DNA of 63,095 nucleotides, filler included, from Pirum gemmata (GCA_002812295.1; 29 parts of 29 records of this genome joined end to end with filler, not necessarily neighbours in it), one strand, 5' to 3'; positions 1 to 12,416 are shown, counted from the whole stretch's first letter. Notes: generated by a model from the sequence alone, not told the origin. Numbers and translations: made by a program.

Positions 1-512
1 CTAAAAAACCGATAAACAATAATAGTAATAATAAGGAAAGTTAAAATAAATACTGTTCAACTAGTGCCACTACTACTATTACTACTACTACTATGTAATA
101 CTACCGTTACAATAACCAACATGTTTCTTATTAATAAAAACACTATTAAAAAGTAAAGGTAAATGGTAGAAAAAATAATAGTTAGTATACTAAAAAACCG
201 ATAAACAACAATAGTAATAATAAGGAAAGTTAAAACAAATACTGTTCAACTAGTACCACTAGTACCATTACTACCACTACTACGTATTACTACTGTTACA
301 ATAACCAACATGATTAATAAAACACTATTAAAAAGTAAAGGTAAAAGGTAGAAAAAATAATAGTTAGTGAATACTAAAAAACCGATAAACAATAATAGTA
401 ATAATAAGGAAAGTTAAAATAAATACTGTTCAACTAGTACCACTACTACTATTACTACCACTACTATGTAATACTACCGTTACAATAACCAACATGTTTC
501 TTATTAATAAAA
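1..512 (+). repeat. Tandem ~185-bp repeat, ~2.7 copies
   Basis: CTAAAAAACCGATAAACAA...GTTCAACTAGT recurs at 1, 190 and 374. Confidence 0.9.
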
Positions 513-821
513 ACAGGGTACTATTACTATTACTATTACTATTATTGTTACAATTGCTATTGCTAAGCATTACTATTACTTTTACTATCATTATTACTAT
601 TACTGACAACAAAAACGACAAACCAAAAACGAAAAAACAAGAAAACAAAAATAGCAAAACGAAACAAAAAAAACGAAAAACGATTTAATATCAAAACGAA
701 AAACGAAAAACAACAAAAAAAATAACAAAAGGAAAAAGGAAAAAGGAAAAACAGGAAATGAAAACCAAAGAAATAGCAAAACGAAAAAAGAACAAAAAAC
801 AAACCGAAAATCGTAAAAATA

Positions 822-965
822 TGGTGCAAACAAAAGTCCCACATTTTTTTATATAATATGTTCGAATATTTCAAATTTATTTAATAACTATTACATTACA
901 TATGTTCGAAAACTGAAAATATAATTGAAACCCAAAAGTCGGACGTTTTTAGCTTGTTTGTACTA
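822..965. mobile_element. TA-flanked MITE (Tc1/mariner-like); longer inverted relative at 36907-37326
   Basis: TA|TGGTGCAAACA...TGTTTGTACTA|TA. Internal sequence matches the reverse complement of 36907-37326, which has TIRs TGCAAACAAGCTAAAAACGTCC / GGACGTTTTTTGATTGTTTGCA. Confidence 0.6.
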
Positions 966-1132
966 TAACAAGTTGAAAAGCGAAAAACAACAAAAGGAAA
1001 TGTGAAAAAACAGCAAAAACGAAAAAAGAAAAAGCAAACCGAAATTCGTAACAAATCGAAAGGTGAAATTATTCAGAGTTCAAAAAACAAAAAAAAGTTT
1101 TTTTTTTCTATGTCATATAACTCCTTGAATTC

Positions 1133-1247
1133 TTCCGGTCAAATACAGCTTCAAATATCCCTACCTACCTACCCCTCGACGTTAATTTCCGGTCAAATAC
1201 CACTTACCTACCCACCCCTTGACGTGACGTATTATTTGAACACTCCC
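1133..1247. mobile_element. PIF/Harbinger-like MITE family D, partial copy (others ~13035-13138, 30375-30460, 32085-32147, 42150-42235, 49847-49952, 58698-58835)
   Basis: Shared core CCTACCTACCCCTCGACGTTAATTTCCGGTCAAATACC; termini GGGAGTGTTCA...TGAACACTCCC flanked by TAA/TTA. Confidence 0.75.
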
Positions 1248-1949
1248 TTATTATGATATGACATGCTAAAAAAAAAAATGAAAAAAAACTTATAAACTAA
1301 ATATTTTCAATTGAATTCCGGTTCAGCAATACTTTCCTGATAGTTTTCTGAAATGAAAAACGGTGCTAAATAAATATTTTTGGCAGAAAAATAGTATGTT
1401 TTCTGTCATTCTCACTAACCAATGAAAACGTGATGGCTATTACTTTAAATTTATGTTTAATGTTTTGGAAAAGTTGACTTAAACCTAACCCTAACCCTAA
1501 CCCTAACCCTAACCCTAATAAACACACAAAACACCAACAACATACATACACACACACTCAACAGACCCATCCAAAAATTAAAGCAACAAACAATAAATAA
1601 TTCTTAAAGAGTGCTAGATGTATTATTTCTGTCTAGTTCCTTCGATTTTAATTTGGTATGTTGAAACTATCAAGAGGAATTTTTTTATTATAAACAAAGA
1701 ATAATAAAAATATAGAAAAATACTCCAATTGTACCTGTTTACTAATAGTTTGTACATTTTTAAGGATAATATATATATATATATATGTATATATATAATA
1801 TATATGTTGTATTTATTATTCTAATTTTATATTTCCTTTTGCTTTTTTAAATATTGCCTTTCCTCGTACGCCAATCTTCTTTGAAACATTTCATCGTCCG
1901 TATTACGTTTTTCTCTAACAGGCGCAAAAGTAACAAGTACAGCTATTTT

Positions 1950-2049
1950 NNNNNNNNNNNNNNNNNNNNNNNNNNNNNNNNNNNNNNNNNNNNTTAATTA
2001 ATTAANNNNNNNNNNNNNNNNNNNNNNNNNNNNNNNNNNNNNNNNNNNN
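1950..2049. other. Artificial contig linker (N44-TTAATTAATTAA-N44); recurs about every 2 kb (3964, 6013, 7997, 10001, 12026, 14044, 17960 ... 58196, 60212)
   Basis: Identical 100-nt spacer with stops in all six frames; sequence on either side is unrelated. Confidence 0.98.
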
Positions 2050-2268
2050 TTTATTTATCTTTGGTATTTATTTTATTTATTTTATTCTATTATTTTATTT
2101 CTTTTATTAATAATATTTATTTTATTTATTTTATTTATCTATGACATTGTATAAAATTAATTTTATTTTATTATTTATTTTATCTTTTATAAAATTAATA
2201 ATTATTTTATACTTAAAATACAAAATACGAAATTAATTAAAACATGTCTGTTATAAAGATTACGACGA

Positions 2269-3884
2269 TTATAGCTGCATTCCGGCTACTATCGGGCCTA
2301 AATTACTAAGATGAACAATAATATTTTTTTCCGTTTGTAACATTATTGCTAATGAATTTTCAATCATTTCAAGATTTTGTTGACTATTTTCGTTAACTGG
2401 CAACATTCTGGTAATCAATTCTTTGGTGTTGGCAGACATTTGACGCATTGCTGTTAAGCCTTCATTCGTTTCTTGTAACATTTTGTTAAGGTAATTAGGC
2501 TAATAATAATAATAATAATAATAATAATGAAATTAGTATTAATTATAAAAAGCAAAATAAGTATAAATGAAATTATAAAACAATTACACAATAATGGTAA
2601 TAATAATAATAATAATAATACATAATAATACATAATAAACACATTATTTTTACATAATAATAATAATAATAATAAAGACATGATAATACAATAATAATAA
2701 ATTACCAATTCCTCATATCTTCCCAATATATCCATAAAGGATTGATAAGTAGAAGATAACTTTTCAATTTTTTTATCAAACAAATGTATAGAGATAGCGT
2801 AACAATCAGAAGCTATAACATCTGGCATTGTTTTTTTATTTTCCATCAAATAAGTAAATCTTTGTGAAATTGTGTTCATTTGTTTTTGAATAAAATTAAA
2901 ATCCATTTGAGTAGTTGGTTTTATAAATTCAGCTAATGCGTTGATGTCGGCTTCCGTTTGTTCAATATTGCTTTCGCTTACAAATACCATAGTACGGATG
3001 CGATGGTAATAAGTCTATTATATATAATTTATTATTAATATATTTTAAAAATAATACATAATTTATATATAATTAATAATAATATAATAATAATGTAAAC
3101 AAGAATATAATAGAAGAGAATAGAATAATAAATAAATATAATAAGTAATATAATAATTAAAATGATAATATATAATAAATAATATAATAATTAAGAAATA
3201 ATATATAAAGAGGATTCAAAAATGACGTAAAACTTACGTCATAAGTAACCGCATCACCCATCACATCTTTAAGTGTATTTAATGTGGAAATAGCCATATT
3301 AGCATTAACATTTAACGATTTAGCCTGTTCTTTAAATTCGTTTACTGTTTTTCGCATCTGAACAACTAACCCTCTTAACGTTTCCCTACCCCTTTGTATT
3401 AAAATAGCATCACGGGTATCCTGTTCATTACGACAACAAACAAGTACGCAAGGTACCCAAGCTACTGGTCGTTGTGATTGTTGCCGTTGTTGTAGTTGTT
3501 GCAGTTGTAGTTGTTGCAGTTGTTGTTGTTGCACTTGTTGTTGTTGTTGTTGAAGTTGAAGTTGTTGGAATGCCCCAGGATAAGCACATAACTGAGTATC
3601 TCTAAAAAATTCATAAAATAATCATATAAATCAGTTTTCTGAATTTTATTTTTTTAATAATTATTACTTATTATTATTAATAATTATATGTTTTAATAAT
3701 AAACGAAATTTGAATAATTAATTGATAAGTACCTGTTATTTCCACATTGCCCGTTTTGAGCCCAAGTGTTACATGTTTGTGCTCCTGAACCTGAACTGAA
3801 TACATTTTCCCCATAGCTAGTTGGAGAGGCATTTGCAATAGTTGCGAAAGCTACAACAGACAAAAGATTTTTAAACATCATCAT
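2269..3884 (-). CDS. Four-exon secreted protein (~351 aa): signal peptide, Cys motif CNTWAQNGQC, polyQ, long helical region; exons 3884-3733, 3601-3238, 3014-2706, 2499-2269
   Basis: Signal-like N-terminus MMMFKNLLSVVAFATIANA; phase-compatible GT-AG junctions join ORFs 3693-3884, 3157-3534, 2454-2990 and 2269-2481 into one frame. Family not recognised. Confidence 0.7.
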
Positions 3885-3890
3885 CTTTAA

Positions 3891-3924
<34 letters not shown>

Positions 3925-4063
3925 AAGTGATTTATTGATTTATTGATTTATTGATTTATTGATNNNNNNNNNNNNNNNNNNNNNNNNNNNNNNNNNNNNN
4001 NNNNNNNTTAATTAATTAANNNNNNNNNNNNNNNNNNNNNNNNNNNNNNNNNNNNNNNNNNNN

Positions 4064-4743
4064 AATGGTATGGTATAACTACCGTCCATAAAGATGGATA
4101 CGAGGGTGAAGAAGCATGGATTGATATTAGGCAGTTAGAAAAGGTTAAACCTCTATTGATATCAAGATTTGAAAAGGCCGCAGCTAAAGGGTGTCAAGCT
4201 ATTGAAGCTGATAACGTTGATTGTATGGAAAACGATGAATGTATTCCAGGATATGACTATGAAGAATTAAAACCTTTTCAAAAGGAATACAATCAATGGA
4301 TAGCCGAAGAAGTACATCGGCAAGGAATGGCGATTGGTGCAAAAAACGCTTTAAGTTTAGCTGAATCCTTACACGATTACTACGACTTTGCAATCAATGA
4401 AGAGTGCTTCGATTATGATACTTGTGGTATGTTGGATCCTTATTATCAGGACGATAAAGCAATTTTTGGTACAGAATATGAAAGAAAAAGTGAGACACAG
4501 AAAGAACTTTGCGAAAATGCCGTTAAGTATCATATGATGACCAAGAATAATGCTGGTGAGGGATGGGTTGATTGCTTTCCTAAAAGTCAGATCTTACCAC
4601 CAACTGAATACAAATTTGTAAATATTACTTCAGATTTTGTTCACAATAGAGCTTGGGAGGATCGCTCAATAGGGTGGATGCTTTCTGGTAGTAGTTTAAC
4701 TGGCATTTTACTTGTCTCTGCTCTTGGCCAAGCATTGATATAA
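4064..4743 (+). CDS. Glycoside hydrolase family 114, C-terminal part with hydrophobic tail
   Basis: KGCQAIEADNVD, GMAIGAKNA, DFAINEEC and FGTEY motifs; the Asp of DNVD and the Glu of NEEC correspond to the catalytic pair of GH114 enzymes. Joins 5653-5899 in frame to give 308 aa. Confidence 0.88.
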
Positions 4744-5536
4744 AAATCACATTTTGCTTGAATCTAATATTATTATTATTATAGATACTAGTAGTAATCG
4801 TAATAATAAATACGTGTACCATGTAATAAAACAAATTCATATACTTCTGATTCTTTTGTGGGCTTTTTCGGTTAATTATAATAATAATAAATACGTATAC
4901 CATAATAAACAAATTAATAATAAAATTCTGATTCTTTTGTATGAGCTTTTTCGTTACAATACCATAATAATTTTTTTTACATTTTGTTAAATTGTTCTTT
5001 TTCTGCTTTAACAATTTCTGAATCATTAGCTGCTGTGATAAAAGTGATAAAAAAATAATAGCCAGTAGTAGTAGTATATATGTTAGTAGTAGTTAGAAAT
5101 AGTATACGTAGTATTAGAGTACTAATAGTAATAACAATTAATCGCAATAGTAGTAGTACTAGTACTAGTAGTACTATTAACACTTTATAAAATCACTTGT
5201 TAAAATTAATTTTCATTGCAAAGTTAATCATTACTACCATCTACATCACAATCCTCCAAAAATAATTCTTATTCTTATTCTTATTTCTGTAATCCAAACA
5301 GCTAATTGATGCTTGTTAATTAAAATAATATAAACGTTAATTAAAACATATAATACCCCCCCCACCTCTTGGTATTATTATATAGTTTTAGTATTATAGT
5401 AATAATAATACTATGATATTAATAATAATTATGTTAATAATATTAGAATATTATTATTATTAATACTACAACAGATTGCTTTAATATTTTAAAACTCATC
5501 GTTTTAATATTTTGAAACTCCGAATTGCTTGTTGTA

Positions 5537-5579
<43 letters not shown>

Positions 5580-5652
5580 GCTGGTAATGCCAATTAATTA
5601 AATAGCATTTCAAACTTTATATTATAGATAAAAATAAAATAAAATAAAAAAC

Positions 5653-6012
5653 ATGTCACAAATTGTTCGTCTTCGAAATGGATTAACATGGGCGAACATG
5701 GCTTGGGGGTCCAAAAACAGGAACACCAAAGAACGTGACAACATAAGCGGTAAGAAAGTAATCAACATTGATTTAGATGACGACGATTTCGGAGCAACCG
5801 AAATCGCTGATTTAAAGGCAGCCGGTCATATTGTATGCTGTTATATTTCGGCAGGAACCGTAGAAGAATGGAGGGAAGATGTCAAAGCTAATCCTGATGA
5901 ATGGTATGGTATAACTACCGTCCATAAAGATGGATACGAGGGTGAAGAAGCATGGATTGATATTAGGCAGTTAGAAAAGGTTAAACCTCTATTGATATCA
6001 AGATTTGAAAAG
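5653..6012 (+). CDS. Glycoside hydrolase family 114 (endo-alpha-1,4-galactosaminidase-like), N-terminal part
   Basis: IDLD..., LKAAGHIVCCYISAGTVEEWRED and WIDIR motifs typical of GH114; the last 113 bp are identical to the contig start 4064-4176. Confidence 0.88.
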
Positions 6013-6368
6013 NNNNNNNNNNNNNNNNNNNNNNNNNNNNNNNNNNNNNNNNNNNNTTAATTAATTAANNNNNNNNNNNNNNNNNNNNNNNNNNNNNNNN
6101 NNNNNNNNNNNNTATATTTATTTATTTAAAAGTATCCATTTAAATATTATAACCAACCAAATAAATATTCGGAGTGATAAAATAAATGAAAAGCACAATA
6201 GTAATTATTAATAACAAACTTTTAAAACTTTTAATAAAAAAGTTTGATAAAACTTTTAATTTAGTATTATATTCAGATATGTATAGGATAATGGGAGTGA
6301 TATATTTTTTAAAAAAAAATTTAATTCAAACATAACTTTTTTCAACTAAATGATAATATACGAAAGTA

Positions 6369-6606
6369 GGGGCGGGATGACGTCATTTTAGTATTACCAA
6401 ACAGCCGCCGGAACTTTTCCGATTTTATGGTTTTTATTACTATTAAAGTAAATATTCTTACTTTAATTGGTATCTACTATAATTAGATTTACCATTTTAA
6501 GCTATTTAACTGTTATTATTAGTAAGAAACACGGAACTAAGGTTGGCTCGATAAGCATCTGTTCGAAAAAAGTTCCAGTATGAATAGATAATAGATATCT
6601 CACCCC
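6369..6606. mobile_element. MITE family C (GGGGTGAGAT...ATCTCACCCC, TA-flanked); copies at 12859-13006 (inverted) and 54642-54831
   Basis: Short TIRs; shared internal GGCTCGATAAGCATCTGTTCGAAAAAAGTT and GGAACTTTTCCGAT. Confidence 0.75.
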
Positions 6607-7237
6607 TACCACTTATAAAAAATAATATGAAAAACCTGTATCACTATCTTATATACTCTTATAATTATATTATATATTATATATTTTAAATTATATATTA
6701 ATATAATTATGTATATATAATTATTATACATAATTTAATATAATATTATACATGATACATCGTGATAATTATTATGTTAGAACTACCAGATATACTAGAA
6801 CTAGATGTATACCTATATATAGATTATTATTATAACCTTTTCCTCTTTTCCTCCTAGCTGCCTTTTCCTACTCTTTTCCAGCAAAATATTCAGTTTGGAC
6901 TGAATATGGAACTATTTTTCCAGTGCCTTATATAGTAACCCTTTTTCTATATTTATCCTTGATTTCTCCCTAAATTCAGTCCAAAGTTCCAAACTGAATA
7001 TTTTGTTGAAAAGGTGTACTAAAGGTGTCTTACCGTGTCTATAATAAATTAATAATAATTACCACCTTATCATTTTTGTTAACAATAGTTGCATTATTAC
7101 TATGCATAGTTAGTTGCATTCGTTTTATTTATTTATAGTAACTGTTAGACTATTTATTATGACAGACTATCATACAGGGCTATCATAATATTATTTACAG
7201 TTTACTAGGGTTATATTTTTTATAATATTATAATATA

Positions 7238-7417
7238 GTGCTTTTCAATTGTTTTGTCATCATAAAATATACAATAAATAGTAACAAATTAAAATAATAT
7301 AAATCCATTTAATTTAATTGGTATATTTTATTATCTATATATTGATTTAAAAATGTTAATTTAAAGATTATAACCCTCCAAATAAATATTCAGAGTGACA
7401 AAATAAATAAAAAGCAC
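7238..7417. mobile_element. MITE family A, full copy (~180 bp)
   Basis: Imperfect TIRs matching the family consensus GTGCTTTTCA-TTATTTTGTC / GACAAAATAAATGAAAAGCAC. Confidence 0.85.
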
Positions 7418-8229
7418 GATATATCATTTCATACGATAGTCTATACTCGATAATAAAAAAGTGGTCAAAAGACTCTACTGGAAGACAGTAGGAAGCAAAA
7501 TCAAAAAACTCCACTAGTTAGAGTAGGAAAACCCAGACACTTCTCCTAATAAAACACTTATAAACCACACTTCTCAACAGCCTCATCAGTGTTCAGAAGT
7601 CATCGTTTGTAGTAGTGCCAAAGACTCCATGAAAAAATCTCTCTTTTCCTGCGGTTTTTGTAGTAGCCTTAGCTAGCTAGCTAGTAATAGCTCGTGCTAC
7701 CAGTCAGTTTAATACTCAATCTGATACAGTTTACAACTTTACAGCTATGTCATAGACAACAGACTGTTTACTTTAATTAATAGCTCTGTGTACAGCTGTC
7801 TGTGTGTTGAAGCCACGAACAACTGGGCCTAGTTTATTTAGCTTAGCCTTTAGTTAGCTTAGCTACCCTATTTTTCTAGCTGCCTAGGATTGGTCTATAT
7901 ACTTCTATATCAAGGAGTCCAAAAAATTTTGAACTCCTTGTCCTCCTTGTCACAAGGGTTAGGGTTAGGGTTAGGGTTAGGGTTAGGGTTAGGGTTNNNN
8001 NNNNNNNNNNNNNNNNNNNNNNNNNNNNNNNNNNNNNNNNTTAATTAATTAANNNNNNNNNNNNNNNNNNNNNNNNNNNNNNNNNNNNNNNNNNNNAATA
8101 ATAATAATAATAATAATAAATAGTATTAATAATTATAAATAGTAATAATAATAATAAATAGTAATAATAATAATATATTCAATAATATAATTTTGAAATT
8201 TTGTACTTAGTTTGGATTGTTTCTATTTA

Positions 8230-8868
8230 CCCCAACCCCAAAACCCTAACCCTAACCCCAAAACCCTAACCCCAAAACCTTAACGCCAACCCCAAAACGC
8301 CAACGCCAACGCCAACGCCAACCCCAAAACCCTAACCCTAACACCTAACCCCAAACCCAAAAACCGAACCCTAACCCCTAACACCTAACCCTAACACCTA
8401 ACCCTAACCCCAAAAACTGAACCCTAACCCCTAACCCCTAACCCTAACCCCGAAAGCTAACCCTAGCCCCGAAAGCTAACCCTAGCCCCGAAAGCTAACC
8501 CTAGCCCCGAAAGCTAACCCTAGCCCCTAACCCCTAACTCCTAACCCCAAAACCTTAACCATAACCTCTAACCCAAAAACCCAAACCCAAAACCTTAAAA
8601 CCCAAAAACCCAAACCCAAAACCCTAACCCTAACCCCCAACCCCAAAACTCTAACCTTAGCCCTAACTCTAACTCTAACCCCTAACCCCTAACCCTAACC
8701 CTAACCCCTAACCCCTATAACCCTAACCCTAACTCTTTAACCTTAACCTTAACCCTAACCTTAACTCTAACTTTTAACCTAACCTTAACTATTAACTTTT
8801 TAACTTAACCTTAACCCTAACCTTAACCCTAACCTTAACGCTAAAACCCTAACCCTAACCCTAACCCC
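8230..8868 (+). repeat. Degenerate (CCCTAA)n telomere-like tract filling an intron; includes 4x CCCCGAAAGCTAACCCTAG
   Basis: Read directly; ends about 10 nt before a TTTTCAACAG splice acceptor. Confidence 0.9.
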
Positions 8869-8878
8869 TTTTCAACAG

Positions 8879-9033
8879 AGATAAAGAAATTTAGTGATTG
8901 GCCGACTATTCCACAACTCTATGTAAATGGTTCATTTATAGGTGGATTTGATATTATTAGAGATTTACATAATAACGAAGAATTTCATGACGTACTTTCC
9001 ACTGCTGGAATTAAATCAACTTACTTTGATTAA
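8879..9033 (+). CDS. GLRX5: Monothiol glutaredoxin (Grx5-like), terminal exon
   Basis: Not in the ORF track. CAG acceptor, then [50 protein letters not shown], with the WPTIPQ.Y..G.F.GG.DI signature. Confidence 0.85.
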
Positions 9034-9123
9034 GAGAATATAGGCCTAAGGGGGCCCAGTGCTTTTTAGTTGTTCTTGGGCATATTATAAAATATACGTG
9101 ACAATAAAGAGTACCTAAATTGA

Positions 9124-9450
9124 TACAATATAAATCCGTTTAATTTAATTTGGTATTTTTACTATTTATTTATTTATTTAAAAAATATCAATTTTAAAGG
9201 TTATAACCCATCAAATAGATATTTAAAAGAGTGGCAAAATTAACTACTACTACAACTGGGGAAAAGTTATAATTACCATGAGGTCTAAGTATGAGGGCAA
9301 CTCATGGTAACCATGGTAATTATAACTTTTTCCCCAGTTGTAGTAGTTAATTTTGTCACTTTTAAATATTTATTTGGTGGGTTATACCCTTTAAAATTGA
9401 CATTTTTTAAATGAATAAATAAATAAATAATTAAATGGATTTATATTGTA
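9124..9450. repeat. Large inverted repeat (foldback), arms ~150 bp, loop ~30 nt
   Basis: ACTACTACAACTGGGGAAAAGTTATAATTACCATG pairs almost perfectly with 9312-9350; the outer arms are inverted MITE-A fragments. Confidence 0.85.
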
Positions 9451-11602
9451 ATAACAAATAACGATATATATATATATAACTTTTTTACTATATATTATTA
9501 TATCCCGTGCGTTTCAGTTATTTTTTCATCATAAAATAATATACTAAATAGTACCAAATTAATACAATATAAATCCATTTCATTTAATTTGGTATATTTT
9601 ATTATCTATTTATTCATTTAAAAAAGTCAATTTAAATATTATAATCAACCAAATAAATGTTTGGTGTAGCTTAGTACTAGCTAGCTACAGTAGCCAGCTA
9701 GGACTCCTCTACCTAGCTGGCTGGAGTAGCTCAGTATAAANGTTAGGGTTAGGGTTAGGGTTAGGGTTAGGGTTAGGGTTAGGGTTAGGGTTAGGATTAG
9801 GATTAGGTCGTTTAGAAGATAACGAGTTTAATGATATGATAGTTGAGAGTAGGACTGTATACATTATGCATACATTATTCATTAGTATGATGTATCGTGC
9901 TTTTCAGTTATTTTGTCGTCATAAAATATAAAATAAAATAGTACCAAATTCATACACTATAAATCCATTTCATTTAATTTGGTATATTTTATTATATATT
10001 NNNNNNNNNNNNNNNNNNNNNNNNNNNNNNNNNNNNNNNNNNNNTTAATTAATTAANNNNNNNNNNNNNNNNNNNNNNNNNNNNNNNNNNNNNNNNNNNN
10101 AGTACAACCGATATGCCTCAAACTAGATATGATAAAACTATGGACCACATTCATGTGAAAAGTTATTGCTTGAATTTTGACAATAACTTGAATCATTTTG
10201 GTGCTAATTTTGAAGATAAACTTCCTATATTATTGGATAAATTTAAAAATCATTTTAAAATTTTATTCAGTTGTGGCGATAATAGATAGATAAAATTTGA
10301 TTACTTGATGTAATAGAAATGCTATTATAATATTGTGTTATATGAAATTTATTTTCAATGATTTATAATTAGCCTAATATAATAATAATTATTAATAAAA
10401 AAATATATTTTTTAAAATTATCCAATTCTTTTCATTATTTACGTAATTTTGACGTAATTTTTATTACGTAGTTTTGACGTAATTTTGATGTAATTTTCAT
10501 TGCGTAATATAATAGCTAAAAAATAAAAATATGCCCTGAAAACAGCGAAAAATATATATGTGATATATACTTAATAATTATAACCCTCTATTTTTTCATA
10601 TTGGTCACTAATAAGATACATATAGTAGTACATAGTCTTATTAGTAACGTGCTTTTCAGTTGTTTTGTCATCATAAAATATACAGTATTTTCTTTTTATT
10701 ACTTTTAAATTTCTTGTTTTTTCTTTTCTTGTTAATGTAACCTTAACCACCTACGTATACCCTAACTAGTTAACTCTATCTAAAGTTGCCGGCCTAAAAC
10801 TGGACAGGGGCTGGGGTTGAGCCAAAATCCTCAGCTCAGGCCCAAAAACCCACCCTGACTTTTTCATTCCTAAAACGATTCCAACAGATAAAATTCAACA
10901 TAGTAAATAAGGGTGGGTGGGTGAGGAAAAAACAATTATTATAAATCATAATCATACACTTAAAAAGAAAACACACTATCATAATATATAAATATAACTA
11001 CTACATATACTTACTACACACAACATTTTAAAATCAATTACTAAAGTAATGTGAATTAGGCTTCTCCCAATTCTGCTCTGTTTAAAAATCGAGATTTCGA
11101 GTCTATATATTAATTAATAAGTTCGAAAAATAAGAAAAAAAAAAAAAAAAAAATCGAACGGAGCTGAATTTTGGCTTTTTTTGACAGGAGAAATTCAAGT
11201 TTTCGGGTTTGAGTAGGCCTAATGTGAATATGTCCAAAATATATTAATATACTTTTGTGATTGGTGAATTAACAAAATTTAGCGGTTTTTTAAAATTAAA
11301 GAAGCACTAAAGAAGTTACTAAAGAAGCTCCAAAAATTTAATGTGGAATGTAAACTTCACATTTTGCTTTTTTACTCTATTCATAAAGAATGTCACTTAT
11401 TCTTTGATAATAAAAGTCATTGCTCGAAAGTGTGACTTAAACTGTTTTAGGCAGTAATTAATCATTAAAATGAACTTTAAAATTATGACCAAAAGTGTTT
11501 TGGACAAAGAGGCATAGGTNCGTAGTTCTGACGTCCTTTTTGGATGATTCCTAGTTCTATGGAGTGTCTAATACTTGTCTAATACACTGTCTAGCTAGCT
11601 AG

Positions 11603-11809
11603 TAGGCCTCTCCAAATTCTGCTCAAACCCGAAAACTCGAATTTCTGCTGTCAAAAAAAGCCAAAATTCAGCTACGTTCGAAAAAAAATTTTTTTTTCGT
11701 ATTTTTCTGGATTATTAATAATTATTAATAAATAAATATATTTGAATATTTCGAACTTATTAATTAATGTATAGACTCGAAATCTCAGAGCAGAATTGGG
11801 AGAAGTCTA
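11603..11809. mobile_element. MITE family E, with an inverted second copy at 11057-11221
   Basis: TIRs TAGGCCTCTCCAAATTCTGCTC / GAGCAGAATTGGGAGAAGTCTA; internal sequence matches the reverse complement of 11057-11221. Confidence 0.75.
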
Positions 11810-12416
11810 ACACTGTCTATGAATTGTCTATGGCAAGACTATGGCAAGGTGTGTCAGAGGCAAGGTGTGTGGCAGGGTTAGGGTTAGGGTTAGGGTTAGG
11901 GTTAGGGTTAGGGTTAGGGTTAGGGACTTAGGGTTAGGTTAGTGACCCAGGTAGGAACCCAGCTAGTTAGGGATACTTAGGGTTAGGGTTAGTTGGGGTT
12001 AGTTAGGGTTAGTTAGGGTTAGTTANNNNNNNNNNNNNNNNNNNNNNNNNNNNNNNNNNNNNNNNNNNNTTAATTAATTAANNNNNNNNNNNNNNNNNNN
12101 NNNNNNNNNNNNNNNNNNNNNNNNNCTAACCCTAACCCTAACCCTAACCCTAACCCTACATCTATATTATTTTCTACTGTACTATATGATAAATGAAGCA
12201 AGATATATTTCAAAATTTAATATTAATAATCGAGTTATTATTTATCTATATATTAATATTATATTAATAACAAAATAATACAAATATCAATAATTACTAA
12301 AATCTAAAAACTCAAATTTCCCTGTACTATTTGAGTTTTTGATTTTTTTCAACATGTGACTTTTTCGAAACATTATATAAATACACCCTTTAATTAATTA
12401 AAATACAAGCATATAA

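Noticed and set aside
1994..2005. Regularly spaced TTAATTAATTAA as a biological repeat or processing site
   Set aside because: Always centred in exactly 44+44 Ns; it is an assembly linker, so adjacency between contigs has no biological meaning.
10101..10289. Open frame at the contig start (STTDMPQTRY...CGDNR*)
   Set aside because: May be a gene end, but there is no recognisable motif or splice context.
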